Both the position numbers and the translations under genes were made by a program. Positions 49,067 through 60,393 of a stretch of DNA of 64,000 nt are shown one piece after another; positions within the stretch are counted from its first letter, which is position 1, and every line of letters begins with the position of its first letter. The notes beneath the pieces were generated by a model, which did not search any database, had not been told where the DNA came from, and saw only the letters and a list, made by a program, of their open reading frames with translations. The DNA lies in NCBI GenBank assembly GCA_905178155.1, contig CAJINV010000002.1, positions 758,422 through 822,421 of the forward strand. The letters run 5' to 3'. This DNA is from Amoebophrya sp. A120. Its lineage: Eukaryota > Protista > Dinoflagellata.

Positions 49067-51049
49067 TTATCCTATTTGCTTTATCAGTGCGTGTAATTTC
49101 CCAAACGACACATAGGGTTCCATCATTCGCTTGTCCTCGACACCCTGCGGCATCACGATATTCCCCCTGCAATTTTTCTCTTTCTTGTTCCCAACTCTGC
49201 AGGGCAGACTCTTTGTTCTTTTTTTCTTCCCGAAACCGTTCGCCTGGACACCGTTGTCGTCCCAGGCCGGCCCGATTCGCGCCCGGGGGGAGACGGAAAA
49301 GTAGCGGAAATTTTCTCTGGGGAAATAATGGTAAAAAGTTTGCCAAAACCCGTCAGACAATCGCCCTTCAGACAGTAACCAAGGACTTCTCTTCCGCAGG
49401 CTCCATCCCGCATTGTACTTGTCCGGGCACTTGTGTCGCAGGTCTTCTAACTCCAGCCCGTAGATGGTGTCGAGCGACATGTTTTCCCAGGCTTGCCTCT
49501 TGTGTAAATCAGCCTGGAAAGCGTCCGAGAAGTACAACTTTTGCAGCTCTTTTCGTTCGTTTTCCGTTGAGAAAAACAGCCCAATCGCAAATAACTCCGC
49601 CCAGGACTTATTTCCAAGTTGATGGGCCCAGGAGATAAAGGAGCCGCAGGGCGTACCGGTCTGTAGGATCTCCCGGCAGAGCTCAAAATTACACTTCAGT
49701 GCCACTCCACACTTGCGGCTAGCCCAGCGATATGTTATTTTCGATTCGTCCTCCTGGCTGCCGCGTAACGCAACGGAAATAGCGAGACCGTGCTTGTTTT
49801 TGCCGAAGAGCTTGTCTGGTGTTTGCTGGCTGCCATTTGCAAAATCCCATATCGCTGTTGCAGCGTAGCATCGCGAAAGCGGACCCATGTTGCATTCCGC
49901 GAAAATATCTTCGGATAGAATATCTATTCCCGGAAAAGAATCAGAAGTATCCACCTCGTCGGCGTCGCTCAGCCATTTCTCGCGAAAGTAGAAGGGCCGG
50001 ATGCACACCATCCAATTTCTGCTGGCTAGCTTGTCTTCCCAGAGAGAAGTGGTGGGCGTTGGACCACTGGAGGTCTTGTTCAAATGGTTGTTCTCATCTT
50101 CTTCGCAGGTGCTTGTTGTTTTTCGTGCCTGAAGGGCTTTCCGCGGGCAGCCGTTGTTTTCGGCACAAGGGTTGTTTAGTTCATTCTCAGGACGATTATC
50201 TTCCTCTTCGGCACTCTTTCTCTTGCCCGCCGGACTACCGGGCACTAGTTCCTCAGCGTCGCTGCTCGCATTGTGCCGTTGTGACATCATTATCGTCTCT
50301 TCCTCTGACTCTTTATTGTCAACATCATTTTTCTTTTCCTCACTCGCCGAGGCAACAACATCTTCAGCAGAATCTTCGTAAACACGACCGCTAGCGGAGG
50401 TCGCTTTGCCACCTGTTTTCTGCTTTTTCCTCGCTGAAAGAGTAGAAGTGGTTTTCTTCTTCACTCTCATCTTCGCAGTACAGCATTTCGTTTGCTCCAG
50501 CACCTTGAAAAAAACCTCATTGTAGTGCTCCCCGGTTTCTGAATCAACCAGAAAAACGCAGGTTTCGTGGAACAGTCGCATCATCTTCGGCGACCACATG
50601 AAGTTGGCAGAATTCAGTTTGGTCTTCAAATTCCGCCGGGTAGGGAGGGAAAGGCGTCTGGAGTTATTTATTGTTGGGTTTATTCTTTTATCTCTACTGT
50701 GCGGTGGAGAAGCAGTTTTAGTAGAGCTGCGATTGGGCCCACCTCGTGCAGGAGCACTATCTTCCGTATGATCAGCCACGTCATCCAGTTCCATTTGGTA
50801 GGTAAAATACTGCGGCAACCGATTTGTCCCACCAGGAAAGAAGGGAACTTTTTCTCTCAGAAGAAGGATAAGGCTGTTCTTCACAACCGCAGGAGAAGCA
50901 ATTGGGAGCTGGAACTGGAGATCGTCGGAAAAACCGTAGGAGATGCGGAGCATTGAGTTCTTGGTTGTTTTGGTGCCATTTCTTGTCCGGGTGGAGGAGG
51001 AGGGGGTACTGGCTCCCTCGTTCTGATAAGGTTGCAGTTCTTGTGACAT
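49067..51049 (-). CDS. Hypothetical protein, intronless paralog B (660 aa)
   Basis: Single 660-aa ORF sharing ordered motif blocks with 43270-48038. Confidence 0.85.
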   Translation of the reverse strand: MSQELQPYQNEGASTPSSSTRTRNGTKTTKNSMLRISYGFSDDLQFQLPIASPAVVKNSLILLLREKVPFFPGGTNRLPQYFTYQMELDDVADHTEDSAPARGGPNRSSTKTASPPHSRDKRINPTINNSRRLSLPTRRNLKTKLNSANFMWSPKMMRLFHETCVFLVDSETGEHYNEVFFKVLEQTKCCTAKMRVKKKTTSTLSARKKQKTGGKATSASGRVYEDSAEDVVASASEEKKNDVDNKESEEETIMMSQRHNASSDAEELVPGSPAGKRKSAEEEDNRPENELNNPCAENNGCPRKALQARKTTSTCEEDENNHLNKTSSGPTPTTSLWEDKLASRNWMVCIRPFYFREKWLSDADEVDTSDSFPGIDILSEDIFAECNMGPLSRCYAATAIWDFANGSQQTPDKLFGKNKHGLAISVALRGSQEDESKITYRWASRKCGVALKCNFELCREILQTGTPCGSFISWAHQLGNKSWAELFAIGLFFSTENERKELQKLYFSDAFQADLHKRQAWENMSLDTIYGLELEDLRHKCPDKYNAGWSLRKRSPWLLSEGRLSDGFWQTFYHYFPRENFRYFSVSPRARIGPAWDDNGVQANGFGKKKRTKSLPCRVGNKKEKNCRGNIVMPQGVEDKRMMEPYVSFGKLHALIKQIG

Positions 51050-51777
51050 TTTGGAGTCGTACTGGATACTCTGGTTCTTTGCGTAGTTTCTTCACTTTGT
51101 CATGCGCAGTCGAAGTTGAATTCCTCAAATGAAAATGAATTGGAAAATTATAGGGGGATCGATAAAAATTACTCGAAGTTACACTTCCGTAAAACAAACT
51201 TTCTGTTTTGTTCCTATTACTTGTGTACTTAACTTCTACTTGTAGTTCAACAAATCCGTAGTAACGCCATTGTTTGGACTGCAGGAGCATATCAATCAAG
51301 AAGGTGGATAAACGATGGCACCATGCCATGCCGTCTTGATTCATGATCTTTAAATTTAACTTCTACTCACTTTTATTTTTGCAACATTTGGGTTCTTGAC
51401 ATGAAACACCTTTGAGCTCAGTGATCTTTCTTAATCAGGGCTGATTTTTTCTCGGATAACAGAACGGAGAACTCGTCATGCGGAACTTTATTTTCACTTG
51501 CATTTTTAGATTTTGCGATAGAATTCTCGCGTTTCAATCCAGTAGTTCTTTCGGATCCTGCGACTTCTTTTTTCCGGATCTAGTCATCGCTACAACGTAT
51601 AATTCATGTGCTCGTCAGAGCACTCATCAGCAAAAAAATTTGTCGACGAGTGTGGCTTTGTCCAGAAAATGACAAAGTTCGATTGCTACGGTCTTCCATG
51701 CCGCAGCAGTACGATGTGTGTCAGCACAAAAATGAGCGAAAGAATAAACAGTCCCAGTCGTCCGACATCTATTTTCA

Positions 51778-54159
51778 TCACACCTGCATCTCCAGATCGG
51801 CAATTTCGATTTCAGAAACCTCTTTCTCAATATCCACCAGCTCCGTTAATTCCCCGTTCAAAAACCCTTTCAATTTCTCCGCAAGCTTCTCTCTCATGGT
51901 TTTATCAAAAAAGGTTATGCACTGCAAAAGTATCGTACTCGTATATTAAGTGCGAGTCTAGCACTACAGGTGCGCTATGCTTTGTTACCTGAACTGCATG
52001 ACAAACTTGAAGCTTCATTTTTCTTCCCGGAAAAATTTGTCATGCAATTCATACTAGTACGTTGCTTTTGCATTGCATAAAGATGTTTCTGCAGCAAATT
52101 TCCGCGACCGAGTTCGGCTTCCGCATGTCTTTCCTGAGTCGGAGGGATTCTAGATTCTCTAACAGCTCCTTGTCCATCACCGTTTTATTTTTCTCCTTTC
52201 CTTCTTTGTCGTGCTGTAATTCTTCCTCGAACGTGTTCGGCGCCGAATCGACTAGTTTCTTCCCCTCTGTAGCGATGTCCCTTTGCATGTCCGTGTCGAC
52301 CAGTCCGGGCGCTAAGGACAGGACGTCAATGCCCTGGTGATTGTTCTCCATGGCCAACACTTTTGCGTACTGCAATAGTGCCGCTTTGGTGCTGCAGTAC
52401 GCCGCCCAACCTGGCGTTGTGAAAAACGTCGCGGCGGCGGAGTTCATGAACAGAATCAGTGGACGCTGCTGCTGCTTCAAATGACCCTCATCGCTACTCT
52501 CCGTCGACAATGACGCGTCCGCAACGAAAGTCCCGTTTCGGAGATACAACCCTGTTCTACCAGCCGAAGTCTTGATGAGTCTGTTTTCCTTGAAGAAAGG
52601 CAATAGGTTCTGTGTCAGCTCCACCGCGGAGAAGAAATTTGTGTATCGCATTCTCAAACGCTACATTCTCAACTGTTGCATGAATTTGCAATGCAAGACT
52701 GGCAAAAGTCAAAGGAGGTCCTCCTTGAGGACCTCCATGAATTTGTAATGCAAAAGGCGCAACCTTCCTCCTGAGGAAGGTTGCACCTTTTGCATCACAA
52801 GTTTGGCGCAGATTTAAATGCTGTCTAGCCCTCCCGAAATTTGTCATGCGAAGCAGCTCGATCATCTGCCGGCTTAAGGTACTTTTGCATGACAAATTCA
52901 TGTTGTATACAGCTGAGAATGTAACAGATGAGAACGCTATATTGTGTTCATCGCGTCTCTGAATTCTTCCAGAAACTCATCGGTTTCCGACTCGTCTTAT
53001 CCCGTGCAAAAGTATCGCAATCGCACTCGTAGTAATTGCAGTCATGCATTACAAATTTTTTTGCTAAGGTAAATCCGCATGACAAATTTTATTGCTCATG
53101 CTGAGGGAATTTGTAATGCATTTATACGAGTACGATACTTTTGCACCGGATACGTCATCCATTGTCTTCTCGGCATCAACTTCAGTGGAGAGATTGCTCG
53201 TGCGGACAATTGGGTGAATGGTGCCGCAACTATGGACTAGAAGATCTAACCGGCACCTTGGTCGGGTGAGAACGGAAAAATTGTCGGCAGTGTAATTACC
53301 TTCCTCATCGTATTCTTCACCTGATATGTCGCCCTGGAACGCCCAGCCCCTGCTGTCTTCTAATAATTGCGCCACGGTTTGAGATATCAAGTGTAAAAAT
53401 GTCTGGGTCTGGAAGATTGCCGGGTTTGTCATGCATATTTTGCATAACCCGTGATGCCTGTAATGCATGGCCGAGCATCACAAATTTTTAAAGGGCCTTC
53501 TGATGCGTATTCCGCATGAGAAACGCCCACTCCGCGTAGCACAAACTGAACTCCTCTTGCTGGTCATGCAATACAGATTTTTTTACCTTCCAAAGACAGC
53601 ATCACAAGTTGCAACCTTCCAGACCCAGACATTTTTACATTTGATATGAGAAATCCGCTTCACCGTCGAGTTCTCCGTCAAATCGCCCTCGATCAGGTGT
53701 TATCAAATGTAAAAATGTCCGGGTCTGGAAGATTCTAAATTTGTAATGCTGTCTCTGGATTCTAACAAACTTTGTATTGCATGACCAGCAAAAGGAGTCC
53801 AGTTTGTGCTACGTGGAGCGGGCATTTCTCATGCGGTAGAGGCATCACAAAGGCCTCGAAAAATCTGTCATGCTCTAGCATGCATCACAGACATCATGAG
53901 TCTTCCAAAATATGCATCACAAACCTGGCAAGCTTCCAGACCCAGACACTTTTGCATTTGATAGGTGTAGCCGAGTCTTTTCTTCTTCCGAAGCGAAAGA
54001 AGTCGACTCTCGCCAATAGGACAAATCACGCGCCGTAGCGAGAACAGTCGTGTTTGGTTGTTTGTGTAAAATTTCCTGCACAATCGCCCGGCCGATTCCG
54101 CGCGATGCGCCGGTTATAACGGCCAGGGGACCGATGGTTTTGGTGGCGGAGTGCTGCAT
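51778..54159 (-). CDS. Short-chain dehydrogenase/reductase (sepiapterin/benzil-reductase-like), 5 introners
   Basis: Rossmann motif VITGASRGIG, NFFS, catalytic YCSTK and APGLVDTDMQ. The frame is restored on removing the introners. Confidence 0.9.
51916..52079. mobile_element. Introner family A
   Basis: TIR, TSD aaggt/aagat. Confidence 0.85.
52644..52941. mobile_element. Introner family H (singleton, internal hairpins)
   Basis: TIR TAT.GC.TTCTCA...TACATTCTCA.CTGT, TSD ttgtg/ttgtg. Confidence 0.88.
52998..53152. mobile_element. Introner family A
   Basis: TIR, TSD cgtct/cgtca. Confidence 0.9.
53385..53646. mobile_element. Introner family B
   Basis: TIR, TSD tgaga/tgaga. Confidence 0.92.
53701..53963. 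mobile_element. Introner family B (opposite orientation to 53385)
   Basis: TIR, TSD ggtgt/ggtgt. Confidence 0.92.
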
Positions 54160-57100
54160 CTTTGTTTAGCCTTAGGACTGTTCTGGGGAGAGAGAGCAGG
54201 GACAGGGAAGACACAAAAATCGCTCTAGACCTAGGAGTTACGGTTGACAGGATGTACCAAGAAAAAAAAGCGAAAGCCCAACAAACTCACCGTAATTAAT
54301 GCGCGAATCATGTGTGGTAGTGATTTCCTGCAAATCTATCGGGATGCGGCTGGAAGAGTCCGTGTTGGTCCTGGGAAATTTGGCAAAAAGAAAAAGTACT
54401 TATAAATCACTCAGGCTGCCGGCCGTGCGCCATCAAAAGTGAGATGAGCGTCAAACTGAGCAGCGCATGATGGTGCCTCAGCGGAACAGGCGACATCTAG
54501 ACACATAGAAGATCCGATCGAGACCATGATCCTCTGAACAGTTTACAGGTAGGCTCTAGACGAAGGGGGAACTACAGGAACATCGCAAGCCTGTCGTGGT
54601 AGCGCCAAGCCCAACAAGCTCCACGACGCGCCAGATGGGTGCAAAAATCTGTTCTTGCTGCGTGCGCATGGTAGTCGATCGTGATAGTAGTTTCTTTCCG
54701 CGAGAAGTGTGTTGTCTGGCTTCACGCGGCGGACGCCTTGTCTGTTCTCAAAAACCACGAAGGTGGCGGTAGTTGTGCGTCGTAAAATTTAAATTTGGCT
54801 TAAAGCTTGGACACCCACTCGATATAGGAGCGGCGAATAATTTCCGGCGATTTTTTTACAGGTGGTGTAAGTATAACCCTAGGGCGGCTAACGTGTGACT
54901 CCACCGGATTTTGACGATTGGCTTCTTTCACGCGTAGGCTTCCCAACGACCCCAAAGACAAGAGACGCAAAAGAAAAGTCACGACGAATTTGAACACTAC
55001 TAGGAATCAGAGCAGTATCCAATTTGTAATGCACTCCGGTGCTTCTCGTGTGTAGTTTAGGTTTTCCCTTTCCTTCCAAAATAAGCTATGCCGTTTGTGC
55101 CCGTATTAGGGTGTTTAGAGGTAAGCTAGAATAATTTGTAATGCTGAAATGCATACAAGCCCTAATAGTTTCCCGTGGAGAAACTAATGCATCTGTAGTG
55201 AAGGTGGACAAACAAAACATGAGGCTGTAATGCTGGTGGCCGTTCTGCTCGGAAATGCCCGACAGCAGTCTGTCATGCATATTTCGACCATTTGGCGACG
55301 ATGCGGCTTCTCCTCTTTCCCTTTGTGATCGCGCTCAACATTTAGTGAGCGGCAGAGTGGTCTACGGCTATTTTGCGAGCGAAATCAGTACTACACGACA
55401 TGGCAAAGGATTTCCGGAACCTGCGATCGTGCTGATGCTTTTGATCGTCAGGTTGATCCTTTGGCCAATTTGTAACGCTGTTTTCGATCTGCGGCAAGTC
55501 TGGGGCTTGCGAGATCTAACATATATTTGTCTTGCTAATCACGACCGAATTCTTTGATTTGGGTGGACGTCACGAAAGGTCCACCTCGACAGCAAAATGA
55601 AATAAAAATATGAAGTTGCTCCGCGACCACCGGTCTGGGGGTGGTCGGGGCAGGAAGCAAGACGACCTAAAAACCAGCAAAATGGAAGATTTACCCAAAT
55701 AAACGATTGGCCCCGACTAGCAGCACCCAATCGATTACGAAGACTCCCAGTGCAAACCCCTTCCCTTTGCTCTTGTTCCGATCTGTATCCGGTTACCTCT
55801 CCGTTTAACTAATAACCTCTTTATCTTTGTAATGCCCTCGGTCTTCGTAGAAATTTCCTCTAGCTCAGAGTTTGAAAATCATACAAAAGAAGAAATAAAA
55901 ACAGACTATCCTAAACACCCAGAAAACAATAAAAGAACATCCATCGTACATGTAGTAAGTGGGGAACGGGGGAAAGAGAAACAATTCTTCCCCCTTCCTT
56001 CTGTTCTAGAAAAGCGGTTTCTCGTCCTGAGGACTCAAGATCCCAGGACTTTTGCCGAAAGTCCGGGAATCCTGACGAAACCCGCATTACAGACCAACAA
56101 GTAATTTGTTCAAAATCTATCTTACTGTCATCATACAATATAGAACTTCCAGGCGAAACAAGAAGTAGATGAGTATTTTTTAATTTCCAAAACTATACGT
56201 GGCCCTTGTCGAAACTGCAAGAGAAACCTGAGCCAAGAAAATCCTCTTCGGCCCAAATCCCTAGTTCACGACTTCAGCCCCACGACAAACAATGTACGTA
56301 GCCCGATAATAAATACGATTCTATTGCCTCCCAGAAACGATTTTCCCCATTTGTAATGCTACAACGATTTGTCATCAAGACGATATAAACGATAGAGAGA
56401 ACCTGCGATAGCGATACGAAGTACGACTTACGATTTTCAGTGCTGTCCAAAATCACATAAATTCTATAAAACGCGGTGAGTAGGTGAGCACCAGCATCGG
56501 TGGTTTAATCTAGCACTTTCATCTTACAAGTATCATACTGTCGGGCGGGCTGGGGTAAAGCACAATTTTGAATTTACCCAAATGCCCCCGCTTTACACCA
56601 GGACGCCTACTGCGCTGGCATGCTGGATATTGGTATGACTTCATTATCCCAAAACCACTTCCGGTAGCGGACTTCCATGGGAGCCGCTTCTGCTAGCGTG
56701 ACAGTAGCGGAATCCCTCCAGACGCAAATACTCCGAACCCAGCCGCAGCCGCTCCGAGCCTTGAAAGCGTAGTCGTCCCTTCGGTATTCGGCGATATTTC
56801 CGATCACGGTTACTCTGTCCAAGCTGACCGGATTCTTCATCGGGATATCGGCCGAGCCATTGCGGTCAGCCAGGTATACTGCACGGTCTAAAACTCCAGT
56901 CACCTCGTAGATCGGCTTTCCGTAAACCCCAGCTAGTTCTTGCTTTCAAAACTGATAGGTTGGCGTCCTAGACGCCAACCTACGTTAATTTTCAAAAAAT
57001 GAAGTCTGAGTAGCCCACCATATAGCAATTCTGAGTAGACCACCAAAAAATGAAGTCTGCGTAGACTTGAAATTCACCATATAGAAATCTCGTCTGTTCT

Positions 57101-57535
57101 CAAAAACCACGACGGTGGCGGTAGTGCGTCGTAAAATAAATTTGGTTGAAGTGTGGCTGCGTTAGTACTTGCTCTTCCTCTTGGTGTGCGTTCGTACTTG
57201 TTCTTGCTGTGGCCGATTGGAACTTCTTTTGCATTCAGTCGAAGATTTGTTTGCAGTGGGTATTTGATTTTCAGGCGGGCCTCGGACTTGTAAGTAGAAA
57301 ACACTAAGTATACTTTGGATAGATTTATTTCTTGCTGTAGTTTCTAAATTCTAATTGACCACGTTTGCAGCACTTTATTTTACATCGAAAGTAATTTTGC
57401 ATCTTCACCTGCAGCACTTGATTTCACAAATTTACTGCGCCCTTCTTGACAATGTGGAGGAATCGTGCCTGGACTTCTAACGACGTTTCCATTTTTCGAC
57501 ACGCAGTCACCCTGGGTTGGAAAAAATGGTCGCTC

Positions 57536-58698
57536 CTAGACATGGACTCCAGCTATAATGTGCGACGCAGTGGTCGGTCTCGCTTCCTCCTGAAAGACAT
57601 AGTGGCTATCGACCAAGGCGTGCGACACGGTAATTTTGGCCGGGATTTTATCCTGCTTGATCCACTTCAGTGCTTCCGGCGCCTTCTGGGCCTTCGGGAG
57701 ATAGCGGAAAATCATGACGTAGCGCACTTTTTCGCCACGTTGAATCTTGAGGGGCCCAATCCAGTGCTTTTCAAGCAGCTTGAAACGCCCCGGAGGGGCC
57801 AGGGACCAGAGACCACGCTCAGTGTCAGTGACCAGGTCGATCGCCAATTTTGCCCAGCCACAGTTGGTGTCCCGAACGGTTGATTCGAGTTTGTCCACGG
57901 ACCACTTGTTCGACGTACCGGGGATTTTTTTTACAAACATGATGGGCAGCTTGCAGTGATTATATTCATCTCTCCTCTGTAGCTCCTGTTTGAACTCCTC
58001 TGGGCTTCCACATCCGAAACAAAGTCCGCCTATCAAATGTAAAAATGTCTGGGTCTGGAAGAGTGCATGTTTGTCATGCTACTTGTCTGGCATGACTCTT
58101 AATAAATCTGTCATGCACGTTACCCAAGCGCTCCAATTTTCTGTGATGCAGAAACGCAGTTTGTCATGCAGAATAGGCAACACCTAGAAGCTCAGAATAA
58201 ACTTGTGATGCTGACCCAGCATTTGTGGCCTCATCGTGAGACGCCACCCAGCATCACAAGTTTCCAGAGGACCCAGACATTTTTACATTTGATACCGCCG
58301 CTAGCCCAGCCCGGCGGCACCGGCTCGCGCTGCGGTTCCGTAGAAGGATCTTCGGGATAACTTTCGCGTCCCGGCTCGTCTTCCGAATGCTGCGCGGAGG
58401 TGGGCGTCAAACAATCCTGCGTGGTGGAGCGCGGGGGCCCGAATGTTGCAATTGCGCGCCGAAGGCTACCGTGCAATAATCCACCCGGCCAAACAAGGTA
58501 ATCTTCGGGCGCACTTCCATTTCCCTGCGGCTGAACAAGACCGGAAACAGAGCCTTCCTGTGTGCGACGCTGAGCCGACGATAACGCAACCCCACAAACC
58601 GGCTGTAGAGCAACAAACAGGAGTAGAGCGGCCACGACAGCCACCATTTTTTGTTCTGTGGCACACGAAGACCCACACGAATTCATTCTATTCATCAT
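57536..58698 (-). CDS. Putative secreted protein, paralog 1 (1 introner)
   Basis: Signal-like MVAVVAALLLFVALQPVCG. ORFs 58231-58698 and 57536-58036 join across 58031-58294. Confidence 0.72.
58031..58294. mobile_element. Introner, family B termini
   Basis: TSD ccgcc/ccgcc; empty site in the paralog at 63303-63307. Confidence 0.93.
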
Positions 58699-59881
58699 AC
58701 TCGTAGCGCCGGATGCTTACAGAAACTTCTCGTCGACCAAAAATAGTTATGGTTCACAATAGAATACACAGAGACAAAGCCCACTTTAAGATTTTTATTA
58801 CCTTACAAGAGGACGCGTCAATTACAATTTGTTGTTCGCACAGACAGAGCAGAATGAGCTAGGGTTCAAGGCTTGTTGGCTGTCCGGTATCCAAATCAAT
58901 TTACCTCCGCGATGAATTTTATGGACATACAATCAACATAAGCATAAGCAAAGAAAAGAAAATAGAAGACTGACTTGCGTCTACTACACTCTAGGTTTGG
59001 GCGTTCTTGCGGTAAGATTTGTATCGAGAACAAACTCGTCGTCGTCTCTAGAATAAACTCTCTACCTCTATGCTGCAAGGACGTACTTGCTTTCTTCCTG
59101 CTAAACTTAGCGCTAGAGCTGGAATGTGGTCCCGTGCTCTGAACGCCGGCGCTGTCGTGTGTAAATGAACCCTATTTGGGTAGCTCAAGACGTAACTATT
59201 GCGAGGTTAATCACTAGGATAATCAGGGGCCTGATGTTCGTGGTTCGTGTTTTAGTGTTGTCATTCTTGGTGTAGAACGTCATCATTTTGTTAGGTACTT
59301 GATCGCTCTCATCATTTGTTGCATCATCGTGAGTTGCTAACTTTGTACCGAGTAGCGTCTTGGTTTGACCGATAGGTCCACATGGAACGGAGAAAATTGC
59401 GCAAAAGATAAAGAACATACCAGACCAACTACATCTGTCGAGCCTAAAAGCGTGCCAGCGCTTCGTCTTCATGATCCAGTCAAAATATAGCAAATTTTTA
59501 ATTGCGATCGCGAGCAAATTGGTGCTCATTGATTCTGTTTCTTGATCTTGACAGATCGCCATGGTGGCTCTATCCTTCCAGATCCAGAGCCGATGCCAGA
59601 GGTCGTGGAGCTTACACAAAAAAAAACCGAATCACATCACACGACCTTTCATTTTTTTCATTTTCGGATCAAATACATTTTACTTTGATTTTCCTTTACG
59701 ACCGAGAGATCCACCTCGGGATTGCAAATACAAATCAGATCAGAATTTTAGTACCGTCTTGGCTACTTAAGCTACTTCTGCATCTACTGAAGACGCGTGG
59801 CGTTGCAGCAGAAATTGAGGAACCGAAGGAAAATTGTTTCTATTCCATGAATGTGTTGTCTGGCTTCACGTGGCGGACGCC

Positions 59882-59992
59882 TTGTCTCCTGTGCAAGCAT
59901 AAATGGAGTTGTCTGGCTCCACGAAGCCTCCTGTGCAAGCATAAATGGAGTTGTCTCCTGTGCAAGCATAAATGGAGTTGTCTCCTGTGCAA
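59882..59992 (+). repeat. 27-bp minisatellite (TTGTCTCCTGTGCAAGCATAAATGGAG, ~3.5 copies)
   Basis: Directly visible tandem units with one 15-bp interruption. Confidence 0.85.
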
Positions 59993-60049
59993 TGTTGTTG
60001 TCTGGCTCCACGAATGTGTTGTCTGGCCAAGCATAAGAAATATCTGCGC

Positions 60050-60203
60050 TTCTTTGCATTGCGTTTTTCGCATGACAAACTGCGTTTTTGCATGACAGGA
60101 AAAAGGGTCTCTTCTTGGACACGCATCACAAACTTTTTGATCATCCCAGACAAGCATGACAAATCTCGCAGTCTTCCAGACCCAGACATTTTTGCATTTG
60201 ATA
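60050..60203. mobile_element. Truncated family B introner
   Basis: Right TIR CTTCCAGACCCAGACATTTTTGCATTTGATA is present. The left end is missing next to a minisatellite and the left coordinate is approximate. Confidence 0.65.
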
Positions 60204-60248
60204 GTCTGAAACATTACGCTCGCCGTGTCTTTGTATTCGATACCGCGA

Positions 60249-60393
60249 TATGCTCTGCAAGAGCATCGTACTCGTATTGCAGTCATGCATTACAAATCTT
60301 TTTCTCAAGGTCAATCCGCATTACAAATTTTATTTCTCATGCTGAGAAAATTTGTAATGCATTTATACGAGTACGATACTTTTGCAGCTCATA
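60249..60393. mobile_element. Introner family A
   Basis: TIR, TSD cgcga/cgcga; lies within a short minus-strand coding-like fragment. Confidence 0.9.

Noticed and set aside
6005-54159. Calling the interrupted genes pseudogenes
   Set aside because: Frames and catalytic motifs are intact once elements are removed, and no exonic stops or frameshifts were found.
56228-56245. Possible dinoflagellate spliced-leader relic (ctgagccaag)
   Set aside because: Only a short imperfect match to the reverse complement of TTTTGGCTCAAG, and not upstream of a reconstructed gene.
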